In this document: piece by piece, positions 39,778 to 53,976 of the stretch
Position numbering within the stretch: the stretch's first letter is position 1
Layout: each line of letters opens with the position of its first letter
From: Candidatus Krumholzibacteriia bacterium
GTDB taxonomy: Bacteria; Krumholzibacteriota; Krumholzibacteriia; LZORAL124-64-63
NCBI GenBank assembly: GCA_963825035.1
Contig: CAWGRT010000015.1
Location: forward strand, 170,456 to 234,455
Length of the DNA stretch: 64,000 nt
Reading direction: 5' to 3'
Notes under the pieces: model-generated
Told to the model about the DNA's origin: nothing
Seen by the model: only the letters and a program-made list of their open reading frames with translations
Database searches by the model: none
Made by a program: the position numbers and the translations under genes

Positions 39778-42030
39778 ATGGAAGACAGTCTGTTTGCCCT
39801 GCCTGCACCCCTGCCGCACGACGCGCTGTTCGTGGGGCCGGCGGGTTGGCCCCAGGCGGCCGGGGCCGAGGGCGGGCCGCCGGTACCCTGCGCCGGGCCC
39901 GATGCGGCGCTGGTGGACTTGCGCACGGCGCCGGCGGGATCGGCGCCCCGCCTGGTCATCGCCCACCAGGACGCCTTCGCCGGGGACGCCGGCGGGGACC
40001 GCCTGGTGCGCTGGCTGGAGGACTTGGCCGCCCTGCCCGTGCCCGCGGCTGCCCATCCTCCTGCACGGCCGCCTGCCGGGGGACCAGCTGGTCCGGTTCT
40101 TCCGGGCCGGCCTCTTCGACGCCCTGGCCGTGCCGGTGGAGCCCCTGGACTGGGTCAACATGCTCATCCGCGCCGAACGGCGGCGCGAGCTGCGCCAGCA
40201 GGGCCGCGTGGCCCTGACCGAGGCGGGCCGCGCCCAGGGCATGCTGCGGGAGATGCGGCGGCGCCTGGGCGAGGAGTCGGTGCGTTCGGCGGACGACCTG
40301 CTCAAGGCCCACGAGACCCTGGCCGCGGCCAACCGCCAGCTCACCGACGCCATGGCCGAGCTCTCCCTCCTGTACCGCTTCGGCCGGCAGCTGAGCGCGG
40401 CCCGCAACTGGGACGCCGTGCTGCGGGAGATCCTGCGCAACCTCGCGGACTTCGTCGGGGCCGGCGGCGCCGCCCTGATCCTGCGGGCGGCCCCGGGCGG
40501 AGCCTGCGCGCCGCGGCAGACCTGGCGCTGGGAGGAACGCGCCTGGGACAAGGTGCTGGTCGACCTGCAGGACCAGGTGGACGCGGCCGTCGCCGAGAGC
40601 ATCATGGCGCCGGGCGTGTTCCGCGTCGATCCGGACCGGGGCGCCGGCGGGGCCGGGGCGCGGCGGATCATCGCGCTGCCCCTGGAGCACCAGGAGCTGG
40701 GCCTGGGCTACCTGCTGCTGCTGTTCGCGGACCCCGAGGGGCGGACGGCCGCCGCCGACCGCTTCCTGCCCTTCCTGCAGGCGGTGCAGGTGGTGCTGAG
40801 CGAGGAGGTGGCCGGGGCGCAGATGCTGGACCGCATCCGCGACCTGGGAGCGTTCAACGCCCAGGTGCTGGCCACGGTGCGCAGCGCCATCTGGGTGCTC
40901 GACGACGCCGGGCGGACCGTGTTCGTCAACCGGGCGGCGCGCGAAGTGCTGACGGGCCGGCCGGCCGGGGACGAGGCGATCGACGACTTCCTGCTGACCA
41001 TCGGCCGGGGCCGCCGGGTGGAGCCCCTGTCCGAGGACGAGGGACTGCCCGAACTGCTGCTGGACGCGCGCCTGCACCTGGACGACCACGGCGGACCCCT
41101 GCCCGTGTACCTGCGGACCCGGCCGGAGGGCACCCACCGGGGCGAGGGCCACATCCTGCGGGAGGACGGCGAGCGCGTCCCGGTGCTGGTGCAGACCAGC
41201 CTGATGCGCGGCCGGAAGGGGGACGAACCCTGGCTGGTGGTGGTGGCCGAGGACCTGCGGGAGACGCGTATCCTGGAGGCCGAGCGGCTGCGCGCCGACC
41301 GCCTGGAGGGCCTGGTGGAGATGTCCGCCACCCTGGCCCACGAGATCCGCAATCCCCTGATGGGCCTCAGCGCCCAGGCCGAGCTGCTGGCGGAGCACCT
41401 GCACGCCGACGACGACCGGCGCCGCTACCTGGACGTGATCACCCGCGAGGTGGGGCGGATCGACGACACCATCACCCGCATGCTCAACTTCGTCCGGCCC
41501 TACGAGCCGGCCTTCGGTCCCACGGATCTGCGGGCCCTGGTCGAGGACGCGATGGATCTGGTCCGGCCGCGGGCGGCGGGGCGGTCGGTGGCCCTGGGCC
41601 TGGACGATGACGGCGGCGACCTCGGGCTGAAGGGCGACGGCGCCCAGCTCAAGCAGGTCCTGCTGAACCTGCTGATCAACGGCATCGACGCGGCGCCCGA
41701 GGGCGGGCGGCTCCGCGTCGTGCTGCGGGCGGAGGACGGCGTCGTGCTGGCCGACCCGGCCCGCGGCACGCGCCAGCGGGTGCCCGGCCTCGTCTGCGAG
41801 GTGCGGGACGACGGCGCCGGGGTCCCGGCGGCCGACCTGCCGCGCATCTTCCGTCCCTTCTACACGACCAAGAGCTCGGGCACCGGCCTCGGGCTGGCCG
41901 TCAGCCACAAGATCGTCACGGCCCACGGCGGCGAGATCGCGGTGGACCGGGACGGCGGCGAAACCGTCTTCCGCGTCGTGCTGCCGCGGCGCGCCGGCGC
42001 CGATGCGCCCCGCCAACAGGAGGAAGCCTC

Positions 42031-42034
<4 letters not shown>
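39778..42034 (+). CDS. cytoplasmic multi-domain histidine kinase (pseudo-REC, coiled coil, GAF-like, PAS, HisKA, HATPase); frameshift near 40050
   Basis: LAHEIRNPL, QVLLNLLINGIDA, DDGAG, IFRPFYTTK, GTGLGL; no TM helix seen. Confidence 0.88.
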
Positions 42035-43482
<1,448 letters not shown>

Positions 43483-43614
43483 CCTCGCGGGTCGGACACG
43501 CGACGCGGCGAACGGGGCGCCCCGGCGGCGCCCCGTCGCGTCGGCGGCCCGCTGGTCGATTCCTGGACACCGGGCGCCAGCACCCGGCCGCCCGTCGGCC
43601 GGTCCCGGCGCCCC

Positions 43615-43629
43615 CGGCAGAACTTGCCC
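43615..43629. promoter_or_regulatory. GGCA-N5-TGCC palindrome, candidate UAS
   Basis: CGGCAGAACTTGCCC, about 140 nt upstream of a sigma54 site. Confidence 0.55.
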
Positions 43630-43765
43630 CGGCGCTGACGGCGCCCCGCGGGCACCAGCGCGGGACCTGCCAACTTCCTATCGAACATCGTTTTGACCGG
43701 TTTTGACCCCGGCGGCGGCGGCGGCGGCCTGTTCCCTGCGGGGCAGGGCGCCGGAGCGCCGTTCG

Positions 43766-43780
43766 CGGTACGGTCCTTGC
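43766..43780 (+). promoter_or_regulatory. sigma54 promoter
   Basis: CGGTACGGTCCTTGC (GG-N10-GC). Confidence 0.65.
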
Positions 43781-43829
43781 GGTCGGCGCCCGGAGCGGAC
43801 AGAACTTCTATCCCCGGGAAAAACCGACC

Positions 43830-44921
43830 ATGGACCTGCGCAACGCCAAGACCATCTCCGGAGCGACCGCCGTGCTGGCGGCCCTGCTGCTGCTGGGGAT
43901 CCCCCTGACGGGGGCCCGCGCGGGGCTCGACCCCGACGCCACCGACGGCTACCGCCTCTGGCTGCACTCCCTGGAACGCACCGTGGCCGGGCGCGAGGCT
44001 GCGGGCGAGAACGAACACGGCCGCCTCTTCCCCTTCGACGCACCCGCCTGGCAGACCGGGACCGCCGGGCCGGCCTTCCGCCACCTGGCCATCGCCAAGG
44101 CCGTGAGCGAGTTGGAGGAGGTCTGGCAGGACCGGGACGGCCTGACCGGGCCGCCGCCCCTGGTGGCCTTGGCCAACGCGCGCAACTACATGCACCTCAG
44201 TGAGTACGACAGCGCCCTGGTCTGGTACGGCGTGGCCGCCGCCCGGGACACGGCCGCCCGGTTCCGCGACGACATCGCCCGGGAGAGCCTGGCCGCGGCC
44301 GCAGCCGCCGACGACTCGCTGGCCCTGGCCCGGAACCTGACCAACACCCTGGGCCTGAGCAGCCTCGTCGGCCGGGACGGCGAGGTGGCGCTGGCCTACC
44401 GCTGCCTGCTGACGGCGCGGGACGCCCGCGCCATCGACCACCTGAACGAGAAGGTTGCCGCCGAGGGCTCCCGCCTGGAAGCGCGCGTGCACTACTGGCA
44501 GGCCTACGCCCTGGCGTGGCGAGGCCGCCATGACGAGAGCCTGGCCGTCCTGACCGACCTTGTGCGCGGGGGCGGCCTGAGCCACGGCCTGGACGAGGCA
44601 CAGCGGACCTGGGTGCTGACGGCCATCCCCGACCTCATGTACCTGGCCGGCGACACCGACGGGGCCCGGTGGCTCTACCGCCTGCTGGCCGCCTCCGACC
44701 TGCCCGCCCTGCAGATGTGGGGCGTGTACCAGACCGCCGGCCTGGACCTGGCCGACGCCCGCTACGCCGAGGCGCTGGCGGGCTACGAGAGCGTGTGTTC
44801 CGGGCCCCGGCAGGGGACCTGGCAGGATCAGGCCTGCACCCTGAAGGACGTGGCCGCCCGGCTGCAGGAACTGCGGAAGGAAGGCGAGAGCTATGGCACC
44901 GCTGCCTTCTATGACCGCTGA
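43830..44921 (+). CDS. exported or membrane-anchored TPR-like protein of unknown function
   Basis: N-terminal signal or TM segment, helical repeats (YDSALVWY, YWQAYAL...G..DESL, Y.EALAGY). Confidence 0.7.
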   Translation: MDLRNAKTISGATAVLAALLLLGIPLTGARAGLDPDATDGYRLWLHSLERTVAGREAAGENEHGRLFPFDAPAWQTGTAGPAFRHLAIAKAVSELEEVWQDRDGLTGPPPLVALANARNYMHLSEYDSALVWYGVAAARDTAARFRDDIARESLAAAAAADDSLALARNLTNTLGLSSLVGRDGEVALAYRCLLTARDARAIDHLNEKVAAEGSRLEARVHYWQAYALAWRGRHDESLAVLTDLVRGGGLSHGLDEAQRTWVLTAIPDLMYLAGDTDGARWLYRLLAASDLPALQMWGVYQTAGLDLADARYAEALAGYESVCSGPRQGTWQDQACTLKDVAARLQELRKEGESYGTAAFYDR

Positions 44922-45288
44922 GCCGCGGGCCGACGAGGGCACCCTGCTGGGGCGCCTGCTCGGCTTGTACGAGGAGGAACGGCAGGTGTACGGCCGCGTG
45001 CTGGACCTGTCGCGCCGCCAGGGCAGCATCGTGCGGGAGGGCGGCCCCCTGACCGAGGTGCGCCGGGTGCTGGAGCAGAAGAAGCACTGCCTGGACCTGG
45101 TGGCGCGGCTGGAACTGACCGAGCGGGGCAGCAAGGCCGCCTGGGAGCGGGGCCGGCTGGGCTGGTCCGCCGACGGACGGGCCCGGCTCCACGCGGCCAT
45201 CTGCAGCGTGACCGCCCTGATCGAGGACATCCTGGCCACCGAGGAAGAGAACGACCTGGAGATGATCGCCCGGACGCAGGTGATGTGA
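44911..45288 (+). CDS. small helical FlgN-like protein
   Basis: LL.LYEEE...Y..VL.LS..Q...VLEQK...L..I.A.E.EN pattern. Confidence 0.5.
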   Translation: MTAEPRADEGTLLGRLLGLYEEERQVYGRVLDLSRRQGSIVREGGPLTEVRRVLEQKKHCLDLVARLELTERGSKAAWERGRLGWSADGRARLHAAICSVTALIEDILATEEENDLEMIARTQVM

Positions 45289-45998
45289 TGCCTGAACTGG
45301 TGATGGACAAGCGCAAGGTGGACAGACAGAACGGGCCCCAGGGCCGGTTGCTGCGCGGCTACCTGCACAAGACCAGCAACAGCCTCTGCGGCATCAAGGG
45401 CTACGCCAGCCTGATCGCCGGCGACGCCGACCTGGGCCCGGGCGCCGCGCGCTGGGCCCGGCGCATCATCAGCGAGGTGGAGCGCCTCGAGCACATCTTC
45501 CGCTCGGTGGGCGACCTGACGGCCCCGACCGCGCCCCGCGAGTCGGCGCTGGATCTGGCCCAGCTGGTGGAGCAGGTGGTGCGGGAGGCGGCCGCGGCCC
45601 GGCCCGGGGTGCTGGTCACCGCCGGCGCCATGCCGGACGCGCTCCTGCTGCTGCCGGCGGCGGACTTGCGCCTGGTGCTGCGGGAGCTGGTGGCCAACGG
45701 GGCCGAGGGCCGCGACGGCACCGCCGGCGCCGCGGCGATCACGATCACCGCGACGGTGCAGCCCACCGGGCACGTGGCGGTCCGCGTGCGCGACGACGGC
45801 CCGGGCATGGCGCCGGAGCTGGCGGCCCAGGTGGTCGACCCCTTCGTCACGACCAAGGACGGGCACACGGGCGTGGGCCTGACCCGGGTCGAGACCCTCA
45901 TGGACATGTACGGACTGGCCTGGCACCTGGGCAGCGAGCCGGGCCGGGGCACCAGCGTCACCCTGGAAGTGGCGGCGGCGGACGGAAACGCCGCCTAG
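45288..45998 (+). CDS. sensor-less histidine kinase core
   Basis: LHKTSNSLCGIKGYA H-box, ELVANGAE, DDGPGM, DPFVTTK, GVGL. Confidence 0.8.
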   Translation: MPELVMDKRKVDRQNGPQGRLLRGYLHKTSNSLCGIKGYASLIAGDADLGPGAARWARRIISEVERLEHIFRSVGDLTAPTAPRESALDLAQLVEQVVREAAAARPGVLVTAGAMPDALLLLPAADLRLVLRELVANGAEGRDGTAGAAAITITATVQPTGHVAVRVRDDGPGMAPELAAQVVDPFVTTKDGHTGVGLTRVETLMDMYGLAWHLGSEPGRGTSVTLEVAAADGNAA

Positions 45999-46023
45999 GC
46001 AGGACACGGAAGAAAGGCGAACG

Positions 46024-47394
<1,371 letters not shown>

Positions 47395-47397
47395 ACC

Positions 47398-47809
47398 ATG
47401 ATCAAGACCGGACTGTTCGCCCAGAGCCACCTCGCGACCCTCAAGTCCGCCGTCGACTGCCTACGCGCGCCGGCACGCGGTGACGGCCGAGAACATCGCC
47501 AACGTGGAGACCGCGGGCTACAAGGCCAAGCGCCTGAAGTTCGAGGAGCTGCTGGCGAACGAGGGCCCGTCCATCGAGGGCTACCGCACCGATCCGGCGC
47601 ACCTGGCCATCGGGCGGCGCGACGCGTCGGACGTGGCGCCCGAGCAGGTGGACCGACGGACCGACTACGACAACGGCGTCAACGACGTGGACATCGACCA
47701 GGAGATGGCGGAGCTGGCCACCAACGACCTCAGCTACCGCCTGGCCACGCGGCTGTTGAGCATGCGCTACGGCATGCTGCAGTCCGCCATCACGGGGCGC
47801 AACCGCTAG
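47398..47809 (+). CDS. flgB: rod protein FlgB; frameshift near 47460
   Basis: R..VTAENIANVETAGYKA..L.FE, N.VDIDQEMAELA.N. Confidence 0.92.
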
Positions 47810-47830
47810 GCGGGCGTCCGGGAGTGAACC

Positions 47831-48322
47831 ATGGGTGACGGACTCTTTTCTTCCATCCGGATCTCGGCCACCGGGCTGAGCGGCCAGCGCACCAAGATGG
47901 ACGTGGTGGCCCAGAACCTGGCCAACGCCGAGACCACCCGCACCGCCGACGGCACGCCGTACCGGCGGCAGCGGGCCATCTTCGAACAGGTGCTGGGCAA
48001 CAAGCTGGCCCGCCATTCGGACCGCCTGGCCGGCCACTTGACCCGCACCAACCCGGTGCACATGGACGGGTCCCTGGCCGTGGGCCAGGCCGGCCCCGAG
48101 GGCGTGAAGACCGACGTGTCCGTGGCCGACGACGCTTCCGAGTTCCGCGTGGTCTACGACCCCGGCCACCCGGACGCCGACGACGCCGGCTACGTGCTGC
48201 TGCCCAACGTCAACCCCATCACCGAGATGGTGGACATGATCACGGCCAGCCGCGCCTACGAGGCCAACGTCAGTGCCGTGCAGGCGGCCAAGGACATGTT
48301 CAGCGACGCCCTGAAGATCTAG
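47831..48322 (+). CDS. flgC: rod protein FlgC
   Basis: ISATGL.GQR.KMDVVAQNLANAETT, PYRR, YDPGHPDAD..GYV..PNVN, SRAYEAN. Confidence 0.97.
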   Translation: MGDGLFSSIRISATGLSGQRTKMDVVAQNLANAETTRTADGTPYRRQRAIFEQVLGNKLARHSDRLAGHLTRTNPVHMDGSLAVGQAGPEGVKTDVSVADDASEFRVVYDPGHPDADDAGYVLLPNVNPITEMVDMITASRAYEANVSAVQAAKDMFSDALKI

Positions 48323-48353
48323 GCGCCGGACGGCGGCGGGAAAGGAAACGCAC

Positions 48354-48656
48354 GTGGCCATCGGCAGCATCAAGTCCCTGGGCTCGGTCGATCCCCGCGC
48401 CGCCTACGGCGTGGCGAAGACGACGCCCGAACCGAAGGCCTCCTTCGGCGACCAGCTGGCCAAGGCCCTGGAGAACGTCCAGGACCTGCAGACCCAGCGC
48501 GAGCAGATCATCGACGACATGGTGGCCGGCAAGGTCACCGAGGCCCACGACGTGATGATCGCCGCCAAGGAGTCCCAGCTGGCCTTCGAGTTGCTTGTGG
48601 AGGTCCGCAACAAGCTCCTGGAGGGCTACCAGGAACTCATGCGCATGCAGGTCTAG
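48354..48656 (+). CDS. fliE: FliE
   Basis: SF.D.L..AL..V, HDVMIA..E..LAF.L..EVRNKLLE.YQELMRMQV. Confidence 0.95.
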   Translation: MAIGSIKSLGSVDPRAAYGVAKTTPEPKASFGDQLAKALENVQDLQTQREQIIDDMVAGKVTEAHDVMIAAKESQLAFELLVEVRNKLLEGYQELMRMQV

Positions 48657-48685
48657 CGACACCCGGAAGGATCTGAGGTAGCAAC

Positions 48686-50256
48686 GTGGACGGATTCAGG
48701 CACATCATCGACACCGCCCGGTCGAAGTTCGGCGTCCTGAGCTTCAACCAGAAGGTCCTGCTGGGGGCCGTGGTCACGGCCAGCGTCATCAGCGTGGCGG
48801 TCTTCTCCCTCTGGCTGCAGAAGGAGGACATGGCCGTCCTTTTCACCGGTTTGAGCCCGGAGGACGCGTCGGCGGCCCTGGCCGAGCTGTCCAAGCAGGA
48901 CGTCAAGACCGAGCTGGAGAACGGCGGCACCACCATCCTGGTGCCCGCCGGGGAGAAGGACCGCCTGCGCCTGGACCTGACCACCAAGGGCGATCCCGTC
49001 CAGCGGGACCGTGGGCTTCGAGATCTTCGACGGCAAGCAGTACGGCCTGACGGAGTTCACTCAGAACGTCAACTTCAAGCGGGCCCTCGAAGGCGAACTG
49101 GTCAAATCCATTGAGACCCTGCAAGGAATCCAGTCGGCGCGCGTCCACCTGGTGCTGCCCAAGCCGACCATCTTCCAGCGCGACGGGCGCCGAGGCCACG
49201 GCCAGCGTCGTGCTGCGCATGGGACGCCAGGCCCGCCTGGCCGACGACCAGATCGCCGGCATCCAGGCCTGGTCGCGGCCAGCGTCGAGAACCTGACCCC
49301 CGAGCACGTGACGGTGGTCGATCAGCACGGCACCGTGCTGAACCAGAGCGGTGCAGCGACGACGACGTGGGCCGCAGCGAGAACCAGCTGGCCCTGCGCA
49401 AGGAGGTGGAGGGCTACCTGTCCGAGAAGGCGACCTCCATGCTGGACCGCGTGCTGGGGCCGGGCCGCTCCATCGTGCGCGTGGACGCGACCCTCAACTT
49501 CGAGAAGATCGACCGCGAGCGCGAGATCTACGACCCCGCCGCGACCGTGGTGCGCAGCGAGGCCCGCACCGAGTCCAGCGACGCCGAGGCCGGCACCAGC
49601 GAGCAGTCCGAGACCAACTACGAGATCAACCGCACCGTCGAGAAGATCGTCGGCGCAGACCGGCGGCATCAACGCCCTCTAGGTGGCGGTGTTCGTCGAC
49701 GGCCACTACGAGGCGGCCGCCGACGGCGGGCGAGCCCGTCTACCAGCCCCTGAGCGACGACGAGCTGGGGCAGCTCAAGCGCATCGTGCAGACCGCCGTG
49801 GGCCTGAACACCGTGCGCGGCGACCAGATCGAGGTGGTCAACATGCAGTTCCGCCAGCAGGACGACCTGCTGGGCGGCCGCGCCCCGGCGCCGACTGGAT
49901 CGGCCTGGTCACCCAGTACGGCGGCCGGGTGCTGCTGCTGATCGTGCTGGCCGTGGTGGCGCTGACCCTGCGCCGCAACCTGGGCCAGGCTGCTGGCCGA
50001 GACCTTCGGCCTGGCGCCGTCGGCCGAGCGGCCGGGCGCCCGGGCCGCGGCGACGGCGGGCGCGGCCATGGACGACGGCGAGGCCGAGCCGGAGCTGGAA
50101 CACTTCGACGGCATCCCGGAGCTGTCCCACCAGGTGGTGGAGGACATCCAGGACTACGCCTCGGAGAACCCCGAGCGCGTGGCCGAGGTGATCCAGGCCT
50201 GGATCCACGACATCGACCTGTCCGGCACCGGCGCCCGCAAGGCGGTCGGAGGCTGA
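48686..50256 (+). CDS. fliF: MS-ring FliF; frameshifts and one in-frame TAG
   Basis: LF.GL.PEDA, GFEIFD, RALEGEL..SI..L..I.SARVHLVLPK, V.RSE, NYEINR, AVG....RGDQI.VVNM.F, NPERVAEVI..W. Confidence 0.93.
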
Positions 50257-50257
50257 G

Positions 50258-51260
50258 ATGAGTGACCAGTCCCTGCGCAAGGCCGCCGTGTTCCTGATGG
50301 CCCTGGGCCCCAAGGTGGGCGGCAAGGTCATGGCCCAGCTGCCCGAGCCCACGGTGGAGCAGCTCGCCCACGTGATCGCCTCGATCGGCAAGATCCCCTT
50401 CCAGGAGAAGAAGCAGATCCTCGCCGAGTTCGTGTCCATCAGCGGGCGCATCGCCGGCGTCGCCGTGGGCGGCGAGGACACGGCCAAGCAGATCCTCGAG
50501 TCGGGCTTCGGCACCCGCAAGGCGACGTCGCTGCTCAGCCGCGTGGTCAGCTACAGCGAGATCAAGAGCTTCGAGCACCTGAAGAACGTCGACTCCCTGA
50601 CCATCGCCAACTACCTGAAGAACGAGCACCCCCAGACCGTCGCGGTGGTGCTGGCCCACATGGACCCGCGCTCCAGCGGGCCCATCCTGGAGCGCCTGCC
50701 CGCGGAGATCCAGGGGGACGTGGCCCACCGCATGGCCGTGCTCGAGGCGCCCAACAGCGAGACCATGAAGGCCGTCGAGGCCGTCGCTGGCCAGCCAGCT
50801 CCAGGGCGAGATCTCGGCCCGCGACACCAAGTTCGGCGGCAAGAAGCAGGTGGCGGAGATCCTCAACGAGATCGACCGCGAGGTGTGGCAGGAGATCCTC
50901 GACGAGATGCGCGAGATCGACGACGACGTGGCCAACGAGGTCAACAACCTGATGTTCGTCTTCGAGGACATCGTCATGCTGGCCGACCCGGACATCCAGG
51001 AGATCCTCAAGGAGATCGACGGCAAGGAGCTGACCATGGCGCTCAAGGGCGCGACGGAGGAGATCAAGGAGAAGATCTTCGGCAACATGTCCAAGCGCGC
51101 GGGCGAGGGCATCAAGGAGGACATGGAGTACATGGGCCCGGTCCGCCTCGCCGAGGTGGAAGAGGCCCAGCGGCGGATCGTCGAAGTGGTCCGCGGTCTC
51201 GAGGAGGCCGGCACCATTTCCCTCGGCAAGGGCGGCAAGGATGCAGCAATGGTGTCCTGA
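50258..51260 (+). CDS. fliG: rotor protein FliG; frameshift near 50785
   Basis: KAA.FLM.LG, EHPQTVAVVL, GG..QVAEILN, MFVFED, ALKGA, NMSKR, GPVRL.EVEEAQ. Confidence 0.96.
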
Positions 51261-52008
51261 GGCCTTCGACCTCGAGGCGCCGGCGCGCACGGTCATCCGC
51301 AGCGGCGACGGGCGAGTTCACGCCCGCGGCCCCCGGCCTGCCCGCCGGCGCCGGCGACGACGAACCGGGTCGGCTGTTCCGCAGCGAGACGGGCTTCACC
51401 GATCCCACGGCCATCATGGCCGAGCCTGAGCCCCCACGAGCGCGAGCCTGGTCTGCGAGCTGGTGGAGCAGGACGTGGCCCGGAACTACGCGGAGCGCGA
51501 GGCGACCCTGCGCGGCGAGCTGGAGGAGGCCCGGCAGACGCGGAACTGGCGGAGCTGACGCGCGGCCCAGGAGGCCTTCGCCGCCCGCTGGGAGGACCAG
51601 CACGACCGCGCGCCTGCGGCGAGATCGCCGCCGCCGCCGCCCGGCTGGCGGTGCAGCTGGCCGGCAAGCTGGCGCGGGTGCAGCGCCGCCGAAGGACCCC
51701 GAGGTCCTGGCCCGCGCCCTGGAGACCGTGTTCTACGGCGCCGGAGCCCGCGGACCCCTGACCGTGACCGTCAACCCGGAGGAGGCCGCCTGGCTGCAGG
51801 CTCGAGCCCGAGCTGCGCGAGCGCCTGCGCATCGGCGACCTGGTCGCCGACCGCCGCGTCGAGCGCGGGCGGCTGCGTGGTCGCGGCCGACGGCCGCGAG
51901 TGGGACGCCACCCTCGGAGGGTCAGCTGGAGTCCCTGGGCGAGATCGTGGAGGATTGGCTGACCACCGAGACGGCGCGCCGACGACGGCGGCGAAGGAGA
52001 CACGATGA
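51241..52008 (+). CDS. fliH: FliH; heavily frameshifted
   Basis: Between fliG and fliI; LA...A.K, V.VNPE, D.RV.RGGC.V...WDA.L..QL. Confidence 0.75.
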
Positions 52009-53323
52009 CCGACCCCGTGGCTTGAGATCGAGGCCGCCGTGGGCACGGCCAATCCGGTGCGCCAGGTGGGCCGGGTCACCGAACTGGTGGGCATGGTGAT
52101 CGAGGCGGGCGGCCTGGAGGCCCCCGTCGGCTCCCTCTGCCGCATCGACGTGGGCCGCCACGAACCGGCCGTGCTCTGCGAGGTGGTGGGCTTCCGGGGC
52201 GACGGCCTGCTGATCATGCCCTACGGCGACGCCCGCGGCGTGGCCCGGGGCAGCCGCGTCACCATGCTGGCCAGCCAGCTGACGGTGCCCTACGGGCCCG
52301 CAGCTGCTGGGCCGGGTGGTGGACGGCCTGGGCCGGCCCCTGGACGGCGGTCCCGCCCTGACCAACCTGCCCCGCCGGCACCTGGGGGCCGCCGCGCCCT
52401 CGGCCATGACGCGCCGCCGCACCACCGGTCCCCTGGCCACCGGCATCCGCGCCATCGACAGCATGGTGACCGTGGCGCGCGGACAGCGCCTGGGCATCTT
52501 CGCCGGCAGCGGCGTGGGCAAGTCCGTGCTCCTGGGCATGATGGCCCGGGAGGCGGCGGCCGACGTGAACGTGCTGGCCCTGATCGGCGAGCGCGGCCGC
52601 GAGGTGCGCGAGTTCATCGAGCGGGACCTGGGACCCGAAGGTCTGGCGCGGAGCGTGGTGGTGGTGGTGACCTCGGACGAGAGCGCGGTCATGCGCGCCA
52701 AGGGCGCCGAGACGGCCATGACCCTGGCCGAGGGCTTCCGCGACACCGACCGCGACGTGCTGTTCATGATGGACTCGGCCACCCGCTACGCCATGGCCCT
52801 GCGCGAGATCGGCCTGGCCGCGGGCGAGCCGCCCACCACCAAGGGCTATCCGCCCAGCGTGTTCGCGGCCCTGCCGCGGCTGTGCGAGCGGGCGGGCTGG
52901 TCGGACGTCAACGCCATGACGGCCTTCTTCACGGTGCTGATCGAGGGCGACGACATCCAGGACCCCATCGGCGACGCCATGCGCTCCATCCTCGACGGCC
53001 ACGTGATGCTGAGCCGCGACCTGGCCCGGGAGAACCACTACCCGGCCATCGACGTGCTGGGCAGCATCAGCCGCCTGCGCAGCGAGATCGTGCCGGAGGC
53101 GGAGCGCGAGGCCGGCAGCCGCGTGCTGCGCTGGCTGAAGGCCCTGGAGGAGAGCCGCGACCTGGTGAACATCGGGGCCTACGTGCCCGGCAGCGATCCT
53201 TTCCTGGATGCGGCCCTGGAGCGGCGGGAGGACATCCGCGACTTCCTGGTCCAGGGCATGCGCGAGCACGCCCCCTTCGACGCCTCCCAGGAACGCCTCC
53301 GTGAGCTGGCGGGGGTGGCGTGA
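52005..53323 (+). CDS. fliI: export ATPase FliI; frameshifts
   Basis: LLGRVVDGLG.PLDG, GQRLGIFAGSGVGKS, LIGERGREV, GEPPTTKGYPPS, ILDGHV.LSR. Confidence 0.96.
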
Positions 53324-53777
53324 TGGCCGGCTTCCGCTTCGGGCTGCAGAAGGTCCTGGACTACCGCCGCCGCCTGGTGGACCTGCGGTCCCGGGACCTG
53401 GCGGCGGCCGAGAGCCGGTCCGCCGCCGTCGCCGGCCGCATCGCCGACCTCCGGGCGGAACAGGTCCGGTGCCAGGAAGCGGCGGGAACCGGCGCGCGTG
53501 GACGTGCGCCGGTGGGCTGACCGCACCGCCTGGGTGGCGCGCCTGGACCGCCTGCATCGCCGCCGCCGAGCAGGAACGCGCCGCGGCGCTGGTCGCGGTG
53601 GCGGCCGCTCGCGAGGCGCTGCAGGCGGCCTGGCGCGACCGGGAGGTGCTGGTGCAGCTGCGGGCGCGGCGCGAGCGGGAGTGGGCCGAGGCGCAACGGC
53701 GGCGGGAAACGGCCGAACTGGACGAGATCGGCGGCCAGCGCCGGGCGCGGGCACGGCGGATCGAAGTTGCCGGTTGA
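53323..53777 (+). CDS. fliJ: FliJ; frameshifts
   Basis: FRF.LQKVLDYR N-terminus and E..ELDE C-terminus; follows fliI. Confidence 0.8.
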
Positions 53778-53778
53778 G

Positions 53779-53832
53779 GGGCACAAGTTGCCCCAGCGAC
53801 GGCCCGACGGCGGGGCCCGGCAGGGAATGCCT
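53779..53832. promoter_or_regulatory. two GGCA-N5-TGCC palindromes, candidate UAS
   Basis: GGGCACAAGTTGCCC 53779 and CGGCAGGGAATGCCT 53818. Confidence 0.6.
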
Positions 53833-53899
53833 GCCAGGGAAGAGACGATGTGGCAAGGGGATGCGGCAGAGGCAACGCGACCGGACGGAGTTTCCGGTG

Positions 53900-53914
53900 C
53901 GGCACCGGAATTGC
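53900..53914 (+). promoter_or_regulatory. sigma54 promoter of the motE-fliK-flgDE operon
   Basis: CGGCACCGGAATTGC. Confidence 0.75.
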
Positions 53915-53976
53915 GAGGACGGCGCGTCCGGTACGGTTGTCGGCCGCGCCGGCGCGACCTTGAGGAGAATGTCGAC

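Noticed and set aside
49680-49682. In-frame TAG in fliF (INAL*VAVFVDG) as possible amber recoding
   Set aside because: It is one base from TCG (Ser), which fits the motif; TAG is a normal stop in many genes here and the region is error-rich.
53850-53864. Second sigma54 box TGGCAAGGGGATGC
   Set aside because: The spacing is 9, and a correct box exists at 53900.
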